Source: Botryllus schlosseri
Lineage: Eukaryota
DNA length: 64,000 nt
Assembly: GCA_051294905.1 (NCBI GenBank)
Contig: CM119371.1
Coordinates: 26,848,001 to 26,912,000, forward strand
Reading direction: 5' to 3'
The translations under genes and the position numbers were made by a program. The first letter of the stretch is position 1. Each line of letters starts with the position of its first letter. Shown in pieces: positions 13,166 to 26,949 of the stretch. The notes under the pieces were generated by a model that worked only from the letters and a program-made list of their open reading frames with translations, ran no database searches and was not told the origin of the DNA.

Positions 13166-15148
13166 AGTTGGATTTACCTAAATCGACAGATAAGTATCTA
13201 TAAGATCGGAGTTCAGTAATTGTCTATAGGAAAATCTTAGATGTCTGCTCCCGTTCTCTTCAACGTACAACGTACAAGAAAATGTCGTTTCGGATTTGAG
13301 AATGTGAGCATAGCCATCATTCCTCCTATATGTATCTCATATTCGTTGTTGGTTTATCATTGCAAAACCGATGACCTCGAATTATTTACACATCGATCTT
13401 TCGTAATCGGCTGGATGAGTTCCAGAAAACAAGAAACCACGGAGTGTAAATCGCGCCTATGCCGAAAAAATGTTTAAATTGATCGTATAGCGATCCCCGC
13501 ATGGCCTATATGTTGATTAACCAACGCTGTCGAGAGACTCAGAAACTGCGGATATACTTTCTCTGAATATAGAGCTTGTTCATTGTGAAACATTTGTTAG
13601 AATTTTCCGACTTGACTCTTGCTACTGATCAATCCGATAGTTTAGGATGGGTTGGTGGGCCATTAGTGATTAAGAAGCCCCTGTAGAACGGTCAGGTTTG
13701 AGATTTTATTCATATTCGATTGGATACAAGAGCTTCACATAGGAAAATGTGACGAAAGTAAAGCGTGGTTCATTCAACAGAAAAATAATGGCGTGGAGAT
13801 CAAGTTACTCGGAAGAGTGATTACAAGGGCTCACGAATCTTGGTTGATTTTTCTAATATCGATCGTTGAGAAGAGTCTTCAAAACAATTTCTATACTCCA
13901 AACTCGATTATTTAAACTTAAACGCTCGTCTAATTACGATAATAAATATAACGGTGTTACCTAGGTCCTTCAACGAACAGAAATAAATGTTTAGTGTAGG
14001 TGTTCTATGGCATGGGTCGACAATCTTCTTCCGACGCGACCCCGATTCAAACGAAAATAAAATAATTCGACAAATGTTGTCTTCCGATATGTAGACGGGC
14101 ATTCGAAGGAATGCTTAAACTAAATCAGAGGTCTCAAACACGTGGCCCCGACGGCATTTTGGAATTTCAAGTATTCGACAATATATTCACGTGCCACACA
14201 TCTTTTTTAGATTTAAGAACTTAAAGTTCAACCCAAAACTACTATAAAAATCACTGAAATCTCAACAAACTACACTATCACATCACTTTAAATGGCACTC
14301 AAGTAAAAAACCTAACTTGCGGATGGCTACCCCAATCCCCATGAGATTTTCACAGTCGCTAGATGTCGCTACGCTATGGTTCTACTCTGCATATGGTGGC
14401 ATATTGAGGATTTGAATGACAGAAAATACACCGACACAGGGACTGCAAACTCTCGAAATTTTAAAGCCTTTTTCCGATATAACGCCTTCTTTAGGAAGTA
14501 TTACGAAAGCGCTATGCTAGGCTAAAATTTGAAGGATTATGTGATACCCATCTCGGAGAAATTTCGTTTCAAAATTAAAGATTCAAATTTATGTCATAAA
14601 TTTGCTGTAAGTTTGCTATGAAGTTCCGTAACTCTTAGCATGGTTGACGTATGTAAAAAATATTTAGCATAGGACATGTTTGACTGTCCATCTGCAAAGT
14701 ATCAAGTCAATGAACAAGTGTTACCCATGTAATGATGAGAATGATTGCCAGTATGCTTGAATGACAACTGACAACAATCTAACAAATTTTTACCCGGAGA
14801 TAATATATATATGTTCTAATGGTCAAACCATATATTTTATGAAGTTATCGGACGGAGCATGCGATCTTTTGGTTGGAACTTGACCCCTCCCCCCATTATC
14901 AAAGGAAAATAGAAATAAAATGTTGCTGTTTTTAATTATTGTTTTGGTGAAATATGGGCATGGTGTGGCAGATGTGACTCCTTATTTACAACCAGAAATA
15001 AATTTTGATTTTTCTGCAACTTTTTGACTTGCCAGTCCTCTTAAAAGCTACCGTGCGGTAGAAGACCAGCTATTTCGTCACATTTCTAGTTCATGATGAT
15101 AAAACATCGATCGTTGAGGATTTGTGAGAGAAAATTGTGATTTGGTTT

Positions 15149-15413
15149 GAGAGAGAGAGAGAGATATGGTATTCTTTTTCGCCTGCACCATCGAGATGCT
15201 TTGACGATTAGATGCGATACGGCGTTTATAGTAAGGTCATCTAGTCTGCACTCCCGTTTTTTTCTCCTCCATGCTATCCGTGATTGCTGAGCGCCTAGCA
15301 GGATAGCCGCGGATACCAGTTTCCGAGTCTTTGGTCTGACCCGGCCGGGGATCGAACCCACGACCTACCGATCGAGAAGCCGGACGCACAACCATTACAC
15401 TACCTCGCTCGGT
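15149..15413 (-). mobile_element. SINE family B (duplicate of 9316-9581)
   Basis: Identical apart from one T in a homopolymer. Confidence 0.85.
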
Positions 15414-17315
15414 GCATGCAACCTTTCGTAAAATTACTCGATTTCAGATGATTGACTGTGTGAGTGAATAAAAACGACCCGAGTTGAGTCGGGTCAAACG
15501 TTGACATCAGAGAAGGACTTGCGACTCGGAACGGTGACTTTGTCATCCTACGGACGTAACAAACTATGAAATTATCACGGGACTAGTAATATATCAAAGG
15601 TCATAGCTATCTAATCAGGTCAGTATGGCAACCATCGTCATTATGCGAAAATTGAGTAGTTGTAGTTGTAGTTCTAGCTACGTATTTTGAAAATTAGGTA
15701 GTTGTAGTTCTAGTTGCGGATTTTGAAAATTCAGCAGTTCCAGTTCTAGTTCTAGTTACAAATATGAAAAAATATTAGCTGCCCAACAACTAGAAACACG
15801 TGTCGTGGTTTTGGGCGAATTTAGATGCCGGTGTTCTGTTGAATGACGTTTTTGCAGCCATTGCTCGCTCAAAGCTATCGCTGCTAACAGTGGAGTAGCC
15901 AGAAGGTGGCTTTTGAGGACAGAATCTCCTCCGTTTCAAACTTGAAACCCCGTTCTTTCGAATTGTCTAATACATGTCTGATATTTCCGATAACCTAATA
16001 ATTAACGTGTTGACGAGGAGAATGAAATCTAGCTCTGAACGGTTGCGCGGTGTAATAATTTTTAATAATTTATATATTGAAAGCAATGCATTACGTGATT
16101 AGTACTAAGCTTCTGGGTTGATGTGTTACTATTAGGCAATTACGAAATTAGATTCAAAGTGCAAATAAAATATTATTACCGCGTAATGATTCAAAATAAT
16201 GGAGATTAGGAAATATTGTTAACTTTTTTTTTATTCACACCGACCCATAGACACCAAAATGTATGGGATGTTACAGCTTGGTCACTATCCCGAGCGGTGC
16301 GTAGCTTGGCCAAATCCAGTGTTGGTATCAAGTCACTAACGTCGAGTCACAAGTCATCATTGTACATTTTGACTTGAGTCAAGTGAAGGCAATCGGTTTT
16401 TAAAAGTGACTCGAGTCAAGCCACTGGATATTTGGAGGTGGCTTGAGTCAAATCAAGTCGAGTCGAGTCGAGTCGAGCCGAGCTGAACCGAGCTGAACCG
16501 AGCCGAGAGCCGAGCCAAGCCAAGCCAATTCAAGCCAAGTCAAGTCATAATTCGAGTCAAGTGGCCTTTTCGAAGTATGAGGCATGATTATGTCATTGCA
16601 TTTCGCCGACAAGACATAGCGTATTGGTCAAGCATCCGACTTTTTAATCGGTAGGTCGTCGATTCAACCCCCGGCCGTGTCAAACCAAAATGCCTGATTA
16701 GTAACACTGGCATCCATGACTTCATTGTTTGGCGCTCATATGCTATACTGGGATAGCATGGAGAGCTGATGCAAGACTTACAATGTCGTACAAGGCTATA
16801 TCTGTAACTTCCTTGTCCAGCGGCATATGCACATAATGCACTCATGATATGCATATGCACAGATCGAGTGTATGGTCATCATGAGTCGGTGTATATGCCA
16901 CAAAAACATCACGGATAAAAATAAACTACGCCTTTATTAAATGGATTAAATGGATGAACAGCAGATAGAGTTTTCTGAAGCATGTGCTGAACCATTTACA
17001 ACACCATGGTCTATTTTTATCAAATCTCTGACCACTACTGAGGCTTTCTGCAACAATCGCAAAAGTAAATTCAAGTTTTCAACAAAGGCTTCATCAAAAT
17101 TTATCTCGCATTTGTAGAGATGTTATCCTAATCTTACCTCCAATCTGAGCCAAATTTACTCGGGCCATAAACTTTCGCCGCCCTAATGTTCATCAAATGC
17201 AATCTAATAATTTTTGAGCAAGTGAAAATATAAATGCGAACCAAAATTTTATAATTCGTAGTTATCAGGAACTTATTTTCTTTTGCATTTATTTTAATTT
17301 TACACACCTTATCGG

Positions 17316-17834
17316 TAGGGCTGGGCACAATGATTCGAGTACTCGAATCTGAATCGAGTATTTATTTTCATGATTCGAGTCGAGTAGTAAAAGACGAATT
17401 TTTCGAGTACTGAAATTATACGCTCTTCGCCACTGAAAGTTAATTTATCAACAAAAATTATAGCTTCAATACTATTTTTCACTTTGGCAGACATGAAACC
17501 TTGATTTGCCGTACCGCAGCATACAAAACAGGGTATAAAATACTTGTACAACGCCACGAACGTTACTAGAAATATCACATTTGCGAAGTCATGATTATCC
17601 CACAACATTGTCACAAAGTTCAATGAAATCGGCATGGTCGAAAAATATCAAGTATCGTATCGCTAACAGGCATCGTGTTCTTTGTGTTGGCATAAGAGGT
17701 ACTTATTTGAACTTAGACATATTACATTCTGTTATGACGTCATAATGAGTGATACTCGAATATTCGACTCGACTCGAAGCATATTACGTGATTCAGAATC
17801 GAATCACTCAGGTACTCGAATTTGCCCAGCCCTA
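17316..17834. mobile_element. hAT-type MITE (TAGGGCTGGGCA TIRs); truncated copy at 11484-11741
   Basis: 12-bp TIRs; TSD cttatcgg/gttatcgg; empty site at ~31670. Confidence 0.9.
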
Positions 17835-19998
17835 GTTATCGGTATCATCCTTATTGCCGACGCCTTACCAATCATCTTTCATTTGCCTTACTCAGCTCTG
17901 AGTATTCGTTTGATTACCTTTCATTGACCGTCTTGCAGCCTATTCGCTGTTAGTCGTTGCCAGTCGCTCAAGCTTTTGCTTGAAGAACTTTTCGGTGTTT
18001 CTAGGTTCATGATTAGGAATAGTTCGAACACGATCGAGTGTTTTTTAACTAAAGGGTATTCTACGTATCATGAATGACACATGAATAGCTTGAGATTGTT
18101 GCTAAGTTGCAAATTACGTCGCTACGGTTGTCAAAGAGCACTTCTCTACCGAATCAATTACATGTTTGAATGGGATTGTAAATATAAATGTAATTGTAAT
18201 TATAATTGTCATTGAATTGAATTAATGTTATTGATTTAACTCTGGTCTAAAAATAGTAACGCGGGATCGAAGGTTTTTGATGTGTACTATCTTTTTACAT
18301 TATGACTTTAGGAGGATGTGTGTGACGTCCTGTCTCGTAGACACATACTCCGAATATATCCATGACTATTAGGTCTGTCCAAAATTAGGAAATCTCAGAA
18401 ATATATCATTTTAATGTCTCATTCTATAGATTATTGATGAAAAACAACAAGCTCACCGAAAAGTTGTTAAGATTTCGAGCAAAGCGTTTTAAGTAGCTGC
18501 CGAAGAATGGGCGTGCCACCAACCATAAAACGGCGAGAAGACTAGTCATCACGAAACCAACACTGTTATTGATTGGCCAATCGACTATGCTTCAATGATC
18601 ATGACAGCAGCCGCTTGCTGATTAGGTGTTCAATGAGTTTGCTAGCGGCGGTGATTCTGAAAGCGCATTGTTGGTTGTTGTCAGATAATGAGTTAAGCTT
18701 AATTCAGGGCATGTTGAGTTACGAAATACTTGATGAACAAACAACAGCTGCCTCACAAAAGCTTCTAAAGCATTACCGATTTATTGTGAACAAAACCGCT
18801 GTATCCTGCATGCACTAATTTCATCGAGGGAAAGCAAAGAATGCGTAGGCGCTGATTCAAGTGGCGAACGAATTCCTCGTTTCAGAAAGAATCAATCATC
18901 ATTGAATACAAATGTAAAGCTTAACAATGACTCTAGACTTTGTGTGATCTTATCGGGCTCGAGTTGTAGTTCATAAATTGAAGTTTTGAATGCTGTTGGT
19001 ATCGGAAGAATCAGCCGGTTATGCGTGGCAGTCATCAGATGCTTACATCAAATTGAATTCACTGGTAAGTGTTGTCGAAGTCCTTAATGATGATTGATGA
19101 CGCAGAAAAGTGGTGTAAATGTAAGCACAGACTACGCTGCATATGATATCCATACTATGCTGGATACTATGCACTATGCTGCATGGACTTCGCTGATAGG
19201 CAAAAATGTCTTTTTAAGACGTGTCTTCCTTCACCCAAAGATCCTACTTATCCTAAGATACCTAAAAAGACGACGAACTACCCGAAATCCGGATGGAGAT
19301 GACGGAAGACTGGTATTTTGGGAGTAGAGTTGGAGAAATCACTTATTTTGTCAATAAAATTCGTCGTATAAATTTCAAAATCATCACGTCTGCTATAGTA
19401 AATTGGAAAAGTCTATTCCTTCACGAATCTCTAAATATGGTGACCGTGTATTGGGAGATCTTTCAACGAACCCCAGATATGGCGTGTCCTATCCAAACTT
19501 CTGGAATCGGTGCGCGGTCATTGAATATGAATTTATTTGCATATACTGGAGAGTATATATATATTAGAGTTATCATACTTCTTCTTTCATGAGGATTCGT
19601 CCTCTTGGAGAATTTCGGTTAAATATAGGGTAACATTCGACTGAGCTACAGTAAATCAGCACTGAAGTAACGTTCCGGTGGCTATTTCGAGAGTTGAGCC
19701 GGAAAGCTGACCTTTTTCATAGTCAACTAAACGGACAATGTGAAAGAAAAACTGTTGTTTCTGGAGTTGAGCGGGAAAGTTGACCGAGGTGGATGTTAGA
19801 GTAAAGGATCGCTACTGATGCGTGTCGTTCGACATCCTCCTATCTGTTCGTGACATCGCATTGCGTCTTTTCGCATTGTACATTGTGTGTGACTATTCCG
19901 ATTAAAAATATCAGCCAGCAATGTTTAGTCAACCGACCACGAAGTGAGAAAAATTCAATTTTTTCAATTTTCATCCAGTAATGTACAGTAAATAACTT

Positions 19999-20250
19999 TT
20001 ATTCATCATCATAGTGATTGAGAAAACACACTAAGCACTTAGCGGCAACGAAGGTGATAAGGTACATTCCAGAGGCTATCATATATACATAGTAGTCGCA
20101 ATGGCGGATGGAGTGTGCCACGTCCTCTCCTGCGTGGTCTGCTGTTCCTTCTCGACATAGGTAGCGGCCCATCGCAATCCACAAAAATGTGAAAAACAAG
20201 CTCAGTAAGATGCCGCAATATATCATGGTATATCCTGAGAAAAGATTCAT
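19999..20250 (-). CDS. Copy 2 of unknown 2-TM protein family (terminal exon probably 19999-20234)
   Basis: 83-aa ORF with two hydrophobic segments, C-x18-C and DDE-stop. Colinear without indels with copies 3 and 4. Acceptor ttttctcag| at 20235. Confidence 0.8.
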   Translation of the reverse strand: MNLFSGYTMIYCGILLSLFFTFLWIAMGRYLCREGTADHAGEDVAHSIRHCDYYVYMIASGMYLITFVAAKCLVCFLNHYDDE

Positions 20251-21449
20251 GTTATCTGCAACGCAGCCGACTGAGAATAGGAATATTTAGCTGCATATAT
20301 GTACCAAAGGGGGCCAGTAACGATGTAGGCCTAATTCGAATTATGCGGACTCCTCAAAGTCGGCCTAACTGACTGCACTAGAGTCCGTGGTTCTGGTTCA
20401 GACAGCGTCGAGTTATCTAGGACAGATACTACTTTCAATTCATAGTTTTTTATGTAAAATAGTGGAAAACAGTCTTTGGGCTACTTGCTTATTTTCTCTC
20501 AATTCATTTTGTACGTGTACCGGAAAATAATTTTGATGGCTTTAGAATTGCTACTTTACTTGGATTCAAGTAAAATATACTGCGTTGCTCCATCTATTAC
20601 TATACTTGAGTTACAGCGTTGACTACCTTCCTTCACAACTTCCTACAACAGTGGTTCTCAGCAGCAAGTCGTTGCAAGCTTCCTGCGGGTCTGCAAGATA
20701 TACTAGACTTTTATATCTCAATTCCAAAAGGCAAGAAATCGGACGTTTGTTCATTAAAACACCAAACATCACAATTTAAACACTGAACATATTTTTCCAT
20801 GTGGCGTCTTAACGTGGAGTTCATTGTCTGTCTTTGGATTAGCGTACGACAGAATGCTGCAAGTCTTGTACGAAACTGTTTAAAATGAGCCTATCACGAG
20901 CCGTTAACGTGAAAGCTTAAAAAGATGTTTAAACAAAATTCGTTACATTAAGATGGTACAATTTAACGACAATTAGTAGTAAAATATAGAGGCAAGAGAA
21001 CAGCTGACTCGGATTTATTTCAAGGGAGACCAAATGATCAAACTCAGAAGTTGGGAGGTTTAATCTTCAAGAGAGCCGCTTATAACATGTTTAATGAAAG
21101 AGCAGTATTAAATAATTTCGAATATTTACTGATAGGTTGAATACTTTCGTTGTAAATTTGTCGGTCCGCACAGTTTATGTTGATGTTTCATACCGGTCCG
21201 CAAGATCAAAAAGGTTGAGAAAAACTGGCCGTCCTACTACAAGCGTTATATCTTATAAAGAGCAAACTTAAATACTTATCAGGCGTAGCCAGGATTATGT
21301 TACACAGCGTGAGATGCGATGGTTCCTTTATACATTATACCTTATAAACTGTTGCAGCATTTCACCAGAGTGTTTTGAATATAGATCAAAATCGATCATT
21401 TGTAGGTAACAAACGTTCATGCCCGTGTGTGTCAGACATAAAAGTAGAG

Positions 21450-22251
21450 AAAGAGACGCTTAGGAGTACAGAACTTCATAACACATTTGAATAAAATATT
21501 CATATTTATTCCCGAAGCTTTTCGGCTGACCCTCGTCAGGGGATAGCGTCAGCAGTATTGCGAGAATTCGAATAACTATGTTCAACAACAATATATATCG
21601 CTAATTATGACGTCACACAGAAAATATACAAAGTTAGGAAAACGAGAGAACTGGAGCGTTGGCATGGAGATAGCGAAGCAAAACAAGTTAATGCGCGATT
21701 TTCAAATGATGCACAAATTCTTTCTATTGGCATAAACTAGGTTTACTCATAGTGATGATGGTGGACTCAAGAACAGACAAATGAAATAAATTGCGACCCT
21801 TAGCCAATACAGAGAACATGTCCTCGTGGTAGTTAGCAGCACATGTATGATTTTCTAGTAAATGTTTGCCGATGGAAGATTTTTGACCCATGGCCTGGTT
21901 ATGTTCTAGAACAAGCCGATTGTTATGCTGCGATTTCGAGATATAAGATTTGACAGACGGTGGGATGTGTTCTTTAATACGGTCCTGCAACCGTTTGGAA
22001 GTTCTCCCTACGTACCGACAATCGCAGTGGCACTTGAATTCATTAATGACGTTACTTTGTTGTAAAGCAGGGAGAACGTCCTTTCGGGTTGCAGGAAACA
22101 TTGGTATCGTGGTAAAAACAACATTGGTTTCCACCGCTGGATAACAGCGATAGACTGCTGAAGTTATCTGTTTCTCAAATCGATAAGAAACCGGGCCAAT
22201 CCAAGATAGATGAATGTACAACAAAATATGAATATTTTATTCAAATGTGTT
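21450..22251 (-). mobile_element. 5'-truncated Penelope-like retroelement (GIY-YIG endonuclease fragment)
   Basis: ORF 21724-22224 has NVINEFKCHCDCRYVGRTSKRLQDRIKEH...SSIGKHL. A 30-bp inverted segment (21478 vs 22224) and a 12-bp TSD ataaaagtagag are present. Confidence 0.9.
21510..21542 (-). ncRNA. Minimal type I hammerhead ribozyme
   Basis: UCCC-CUGACGA-GG(GUCAG)CC-GAA-AAGCUU-C-GGGA: intact core and palindromic helix III, inside the Penelope terminal region. Confidence 0.8.
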
Positions 22252-22583
22252 ATAAAAGTAGAGGTGCCAGAGAAATAATGTTATATTCAATACTTCGCAA
22301 TATCTCCTACTTGTATCTTCACTCCCTAAATTTCAATAGAAAGAACATATTTATTTAAATCTGGTCATTATGCCAGAATCGTGGCTAAAAGCTTTAATGT
22401 TTCGAGATGCGAGGTACTATATGCAGATAATTTAAGACGCTAACTAACAGCAGGATGAATATTAAGAGAAAAATACCAATCAATATCATATTCTAAAAGA
22501 GGAAGCTGCGACTTAATTCTGCCAAGAATATTCAGCTGTGATTCATGTCATTGAATATGATATTTACGTTATGTGCATCTCAC

Positions 22584-22688
22584 CGTCAGATAAGTGAGGA
22601 AATATTCTTTGCTCCAAGAATGTGCCATAGCGATCAGGGTTCTGTCTTGACTCTCTTCTTTCGACGATTCTGGGGGATCGAGTCCTTT
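22584..22688 (-). CDS. Putative internal exon of copy 2 (105 nt, ...RYGTFLEQRIFPHLSD)
   Basis: Acceptor ttctattaccgatacag| and donor |gtgaga; 3-nt indel relative to units 3 and 4. Confidence 0.55.
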
Positions 22689-22992
22689 CTGTATCGGTAA
22701 TAGAATATGGCTAAGCGTTTCGCGCCCTGATCAAAACTTTACACACAATTAAAAACGGGTATAAATCAATCTTGTGACATTTTCAGGCAATACGTTTACA
22801 TTTCATCCCGATATAAGTTTAGGCAATGATCCATGCATACTAAATAACACGCTATACGAGCACTTTTGAATTCGACATAAAATCGGGAATCTCTTTGGAA
22901 CGAATATCTTGACCAGTAACTAACTATATCCGTTTGGCAACCGGGCCTGATATAACTAATGCGGTAAAACCGCGGGGAAAACATGTGCTCAC

Positions 22993-23028
22993 CAGTAATA
23001 GTTGCAAGGCACGCCGTCTCATTTATAA
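22993..23028 (-). CDS. Possible 36-nt phase-1 micro-exon (INETACLATIT); homologues in units 3 and 4
   Basis: acag| ... |gtgagc conserved in units 2-4; no homologue found in unit 1. Confidence 0.25.
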
Positions 23029-23044
23029 CTGTCAATGTCAATGT

Positions 23045-23120
23045 CCTATCAATGAAATCCGAGACCTATCAATGAAATCCGAGACCTATCAATGAAATCC
23101 GAGACCTATTAATGAAATCC
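23045..23120. repeat. 20-bp minisatellite (cctatcaatgaaatccgaga)
   Basis: About 4 units here and at ~57637; 2 units at ~48006. Confidence 0.9.
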
Positions 23121-23237
23121 TTTATACTACTGTTGTTAATCATCCGTAATGTAGACGATACATTAATGATTTCACTGCAGTATTTGTGAAACTGTTATCC
23201 TCTTTGAGGCATTTGAAGTCCACGAATGACCCACAAA

Positions 23238-23620
23238 TAGGGATGGTGTGAACGTGAGGTTCACGTTCGCGTTCTGTGTGTGAACCTAAGCAATTCGGAG
23301 GTTCTCGTTCACAAACGGTTCTGCACTGTGAACGTTTTTCTTGTATGACAATTTCCTTTTCCTACAACATATTTGGTTAAATTTTTCGCTTTTCAACTGC
23401 GGGCCACTCTATACATAGCGCTGGCAGCATAAAAATCAACACTTACCGAACATATACATTGACAATCTCAAACATTTTACTTGCTTTGTTACAAAGGTTT
23501 ACTCGAAATATCCATCTTTCCGTTTGCGAATATTTAGTGACTGTCTGCTGTGAGCTTGACCCGCAATGACACAGCATCAAGAGAGAAACACACCACGTGT
23601 TGTCAGCGAATGATGCTTAT
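23238..23620. mobile_element. Truncated TAGGGATGGTGTGAAC MITE (also ~48160 and ~57834)
   Basis: Left end matches the full copy at 37172-38458. Confidence 0.8.
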
Positions 23621-23831
23621 TGACCGTAAATTGACGGTAAATTCGATGGCATGGCTATTCAATATACTTTTACAAATAAGCATGCGTGACTGGAAAATGC
23701 CAAATAGTGTCCAATTACATTTTGAAATTAATTTTTGAACTTAGTTTGTACTCAGTTCCGCAAGCCAAATCGCTCAGAATGAAGCTCTTTAGGCCTACAT
23801 CCGAAACAAGCCCAAGCATTCAATCACACAC

Positions 23832-23901
23832 CATTAGAATCTTCATTACTGTGGTCTTCGTCTGAAGCTTCCTCAGCGGTGTTATCCACTCTTCTCCTCA
23901 T
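23832..23901 (-). CDS. Putative first coding exon of copy 2 (MRRRVDNTAEEASDEDHSNEDSN)
   Basis: Conserved ATG, 70 nt, donor gtgtga. Confidence 0.4.
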
Positions 23902-24204
23902 ATCGTTGGTAATGCAGCAACGAAAAGCTCAAGTTTAATAGGGAGCCTACTTGTTGAAAATAATAGGTTAAACTAGAGGATAAACAGGAATATAGTTATA
24001 TCTGAGTATGAAATACGAAGCAGGTAACCACAAACTTCGTGATGCTACTAACCACCGCACAGCAATACCGTAAAGCGTACGGAGAATGCTGTGTAGACGA
24101 TGCTGTGCGTTATGTTCGTCTGGTGTTGATTGCCAATGCGAACGGACCCAAGGTCAATAATTAGATGATGAAGCACCTGGAAGAAACATCTAATCACTAA
24201 TTAC

Positions 24205-25382
24205 TAGGGATGGTGTGAACGTGAGGTTCACGTTCGCGTTCTGTGTGTGAACCTCGGAAATTTAGAGGTTCGCGTTCACAACAGAACCTAGGTAGGTTCT
24301 GCACTGTGAACCTTTTTCATATACTACAATTTTCACTTCATTACAACATCGTTGGTTCGAATTTATTGCATTTTAACTGCAGGCCACTCTATATGCATGG
24401 CGCTATAGGCATAAAAAATCATCACTAAACGAGCATGTACCTTGACAATCTCAAAAGTTTTACTTGCTTTGTTGCAAAAGTTTGCTCGAAATATCCAACT
24501 TTCCGTTTGTAAATATTTATTGACTCTCTGCTGCGAGCTTGACCCACAATCACAAAACATCACGATCGAAATAAGCTACGTAAGCCTAGTCAGCGAATGA
24601 TGCTTATTCCACTAATCAATCTAGCAGGCGTATGGGGTCAATCTTTACTTCATATGATGTTACTGGATCATTAAAACCAAATCGGTGCGATTGAGGCGTT
24701 GGCTACTGCTGTATAACTTGTTAACGGGGTAATATCGAGAGCAAGTATAGAAACCCGTTTCACACTCTGCTCAATATCAATGTAGCAATACTCAGACGCC
24801 GAATACATTTTCCGATCCGTCATACGAAAAAGGTGACTCGAGTCTGACTTGAGTCAAGTCATGACTCGAGTCATCCCAACCCTGCTACAAGGCTATAATC
24901 TGCATCTTCCTTGCCCGACGGCATATGCACATCATGTAGCCTGCTCATGGTATGCATATACGCAGATCGTGTGTATGTATATCATGAGTCGGTGTATATG
25001 CCGCAAGAACATCAAAGACAAAAATAAACTACGTCCTTTCCTTCCCTTATATTCCCTGGTAAGTCCTCGTCAAAATTGTTGGCAAATCGACGGAAGATAT
25101 TGATTTTATGAGATTATTATATCATTTGATTGCCCCAGTTGATACATTTGGCGACGTTTAAAACGTCAATATGTATTTCAGCATTGTGACGTAATGCTGC
25201 CCAAATCGTCGCTAGGTATCGTGTACATTAATATAGGCTATCATTTCATTGAAGGATAGGTTGGAATTAGCAATATGACGTCCCGTGACGTCATGAGGTT
25301 CACGTTCGTGTTCACACAGAACCTTTCAAAAAGGTTCGCGTTCACACGAACCAGAACCTTTTAGAGGTTCACACCATCCCTA
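24205..25382. mobile_element. hAT-type MITE (TAGGGATGGTGTGAAC TIRs), specific to unit 2
   Basis: 16-bp TIRs; imperfect TSD ctaattac/(ca)gtaattac; empty site at ~2800 and ~49130. Confidence 0.85.
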
Positions 25383-26244
25383 CAGTAATTACCTTTTCAA
25401 AAACGTTATTCCGGTGATGTACGTTCTGGTCAGAAGTTTGCCCAATTCACAAATTATCTAAACACGATAAGGTTAAAGTAAGAGTTTTACTGTGTTTTAT
25501 ACAGTTAGGGTTGTGTCTAAAACAAATGGTGTTTTAAACAACGGCCTTTCAAAAAAATGTGTTTCGAAGCTATAAAATCATGCCATAATCGTGTAACTAC
25601 TTTCCAAAAAACATGTTGTATGGGCCTACGGAAATTTACGAAGTGAAGTATACGATATTGGATGGTTGGAACCCTCAAAATAGTCGGTTCAACATCTATA
25701 GTACGTATATATTTCGTCTAAGTAGCTATATTAACCCTATATTTTCATTTGTCAAGGTCAAACCACTGTGACGTCACAAATGAATATTCGTGACGTCATG
25801 GTTTGAAGAACAAACAAAAAATAAAAAACATATTTTAAACAAGGGCCTTATTTTAAACATGTTTGTTTCGAAATGATTTTTGTTTTAAATGCAACAATAT
25901 ACACAGTTATATCCATGCTATTAGTAGGAAAATATATATCAAGAAGAGGTTAGGTAGTTTTTCCAGTAAATGACCCGTAACTGGTCATATTTATACGTAA
26001 ATCGACAGTACCAATAAGATCCGAGGTCAAAATTTGTCTATAGGAATATCTTGGATGTCTGTTGCCGTTCTCTTCGACTTCCCAGTACAGGAAAATGTCG
26101 TTTCGGACTCGAGAATGTGAGCATAGCGATGGGAGACATTCATACACTTGGGGGCGCCAAAAGCTCGTCCTAGTGATCCATTGTTTACATTGGATACCGA
26201 AAGAAACGTCGTCTTGATTTGTTGTCTTTCGACATCCCTAGCGT

Positions 26245-26560
26245 AGCTGGTTGGAAGTCAAGTGCCTCTGCACTGTAAAGGATGACCTAATAACACCTGG
26301 AAAGTATTTTCCATATTTGATGATTGCTGCAGATGGCTATTATCTGAAGAAAAATCACAGATGGTATGCCCAAGTACAAGGCCAAATGACTTGCGCTTGT
26401 ATGAAGCTATATGTTGTTTTATGCATATATTTCGTTATGTGCACATGGAAAATATAGAGTTTGAACCATAATTTGTTCCTAAATTTAGGATTCTGAAGTT
26501 GCAAAAGTTCTACGAAATGTATTGGCGTCCCTTTTTGGTGGTCAAGATTGTGTCACCACA
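26245..26560 (+). pseudogene. YqaJ-like exonuclease relic of the ISL2EU element
   Basis: LEVKC...YYLKKNHRWYAQVQGQM motif; frameshifted. Confidence 0.8.
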
Positions 26561-26949
26561 AGACGAAAAACTGAAAACTGCTGAATGCAATGTAGCGTTG
26601 AATACGATTTTTTTGTGCAAAACCGTTCATGCCGTCGTGGTGATTATTGTTATTTCCAAATGCCATGCTTCTTTCTGTTGATTACGTAGTCTACCTATAT
26701 ATTGGGAGTTTTTATGTATCTCGTTTAGTAAATGAAAACAAAACTTGCGTCTAGGTAGTGATATGTTTTCTGTTCAGTCATCAAATCCAGTACAGTGATA
26801 TTCCGGTTTATTATGGCGGCATCAATATTGAAGTGGGAGCAAGAAAATTCATGCAACACTAATAGTAATCAATCATTATCACTAAACAAGTCTGCTTCAG
26901 CAAACACAAAATATTAAAAGCATCAAATGCTGTTATGTAGGTCTATATC

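Larger units (their letters stand above)
5611..17573. repeat. Direct tandem duplication of ~6 kb (5611-11741 / 11740-17573)
   Basis: Same sequence order. ORFs 10756/16588 and 11302/17134 are identical at offset 5832. Confidence 0.95.

Noticed and set aside
20235..20250. ATG of MNLFSG as the true start codon
   Set aside because: Out of frame in copy 3 and absent in copy 1; the segment doubles as a strong ttttctcag acceptor. Not fully excluded for copies 2 and 4.
22796..23041. ORF FYRISYIRPG...RDEM repeated at 47754 and 57387 as a second gene family
   Set aside because: The repeats only reflect the unit duplication. There is a 1-nt indel in unit 4, no conserved start and no homologue in unit 1. 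Only a possible micro-exon is retained.
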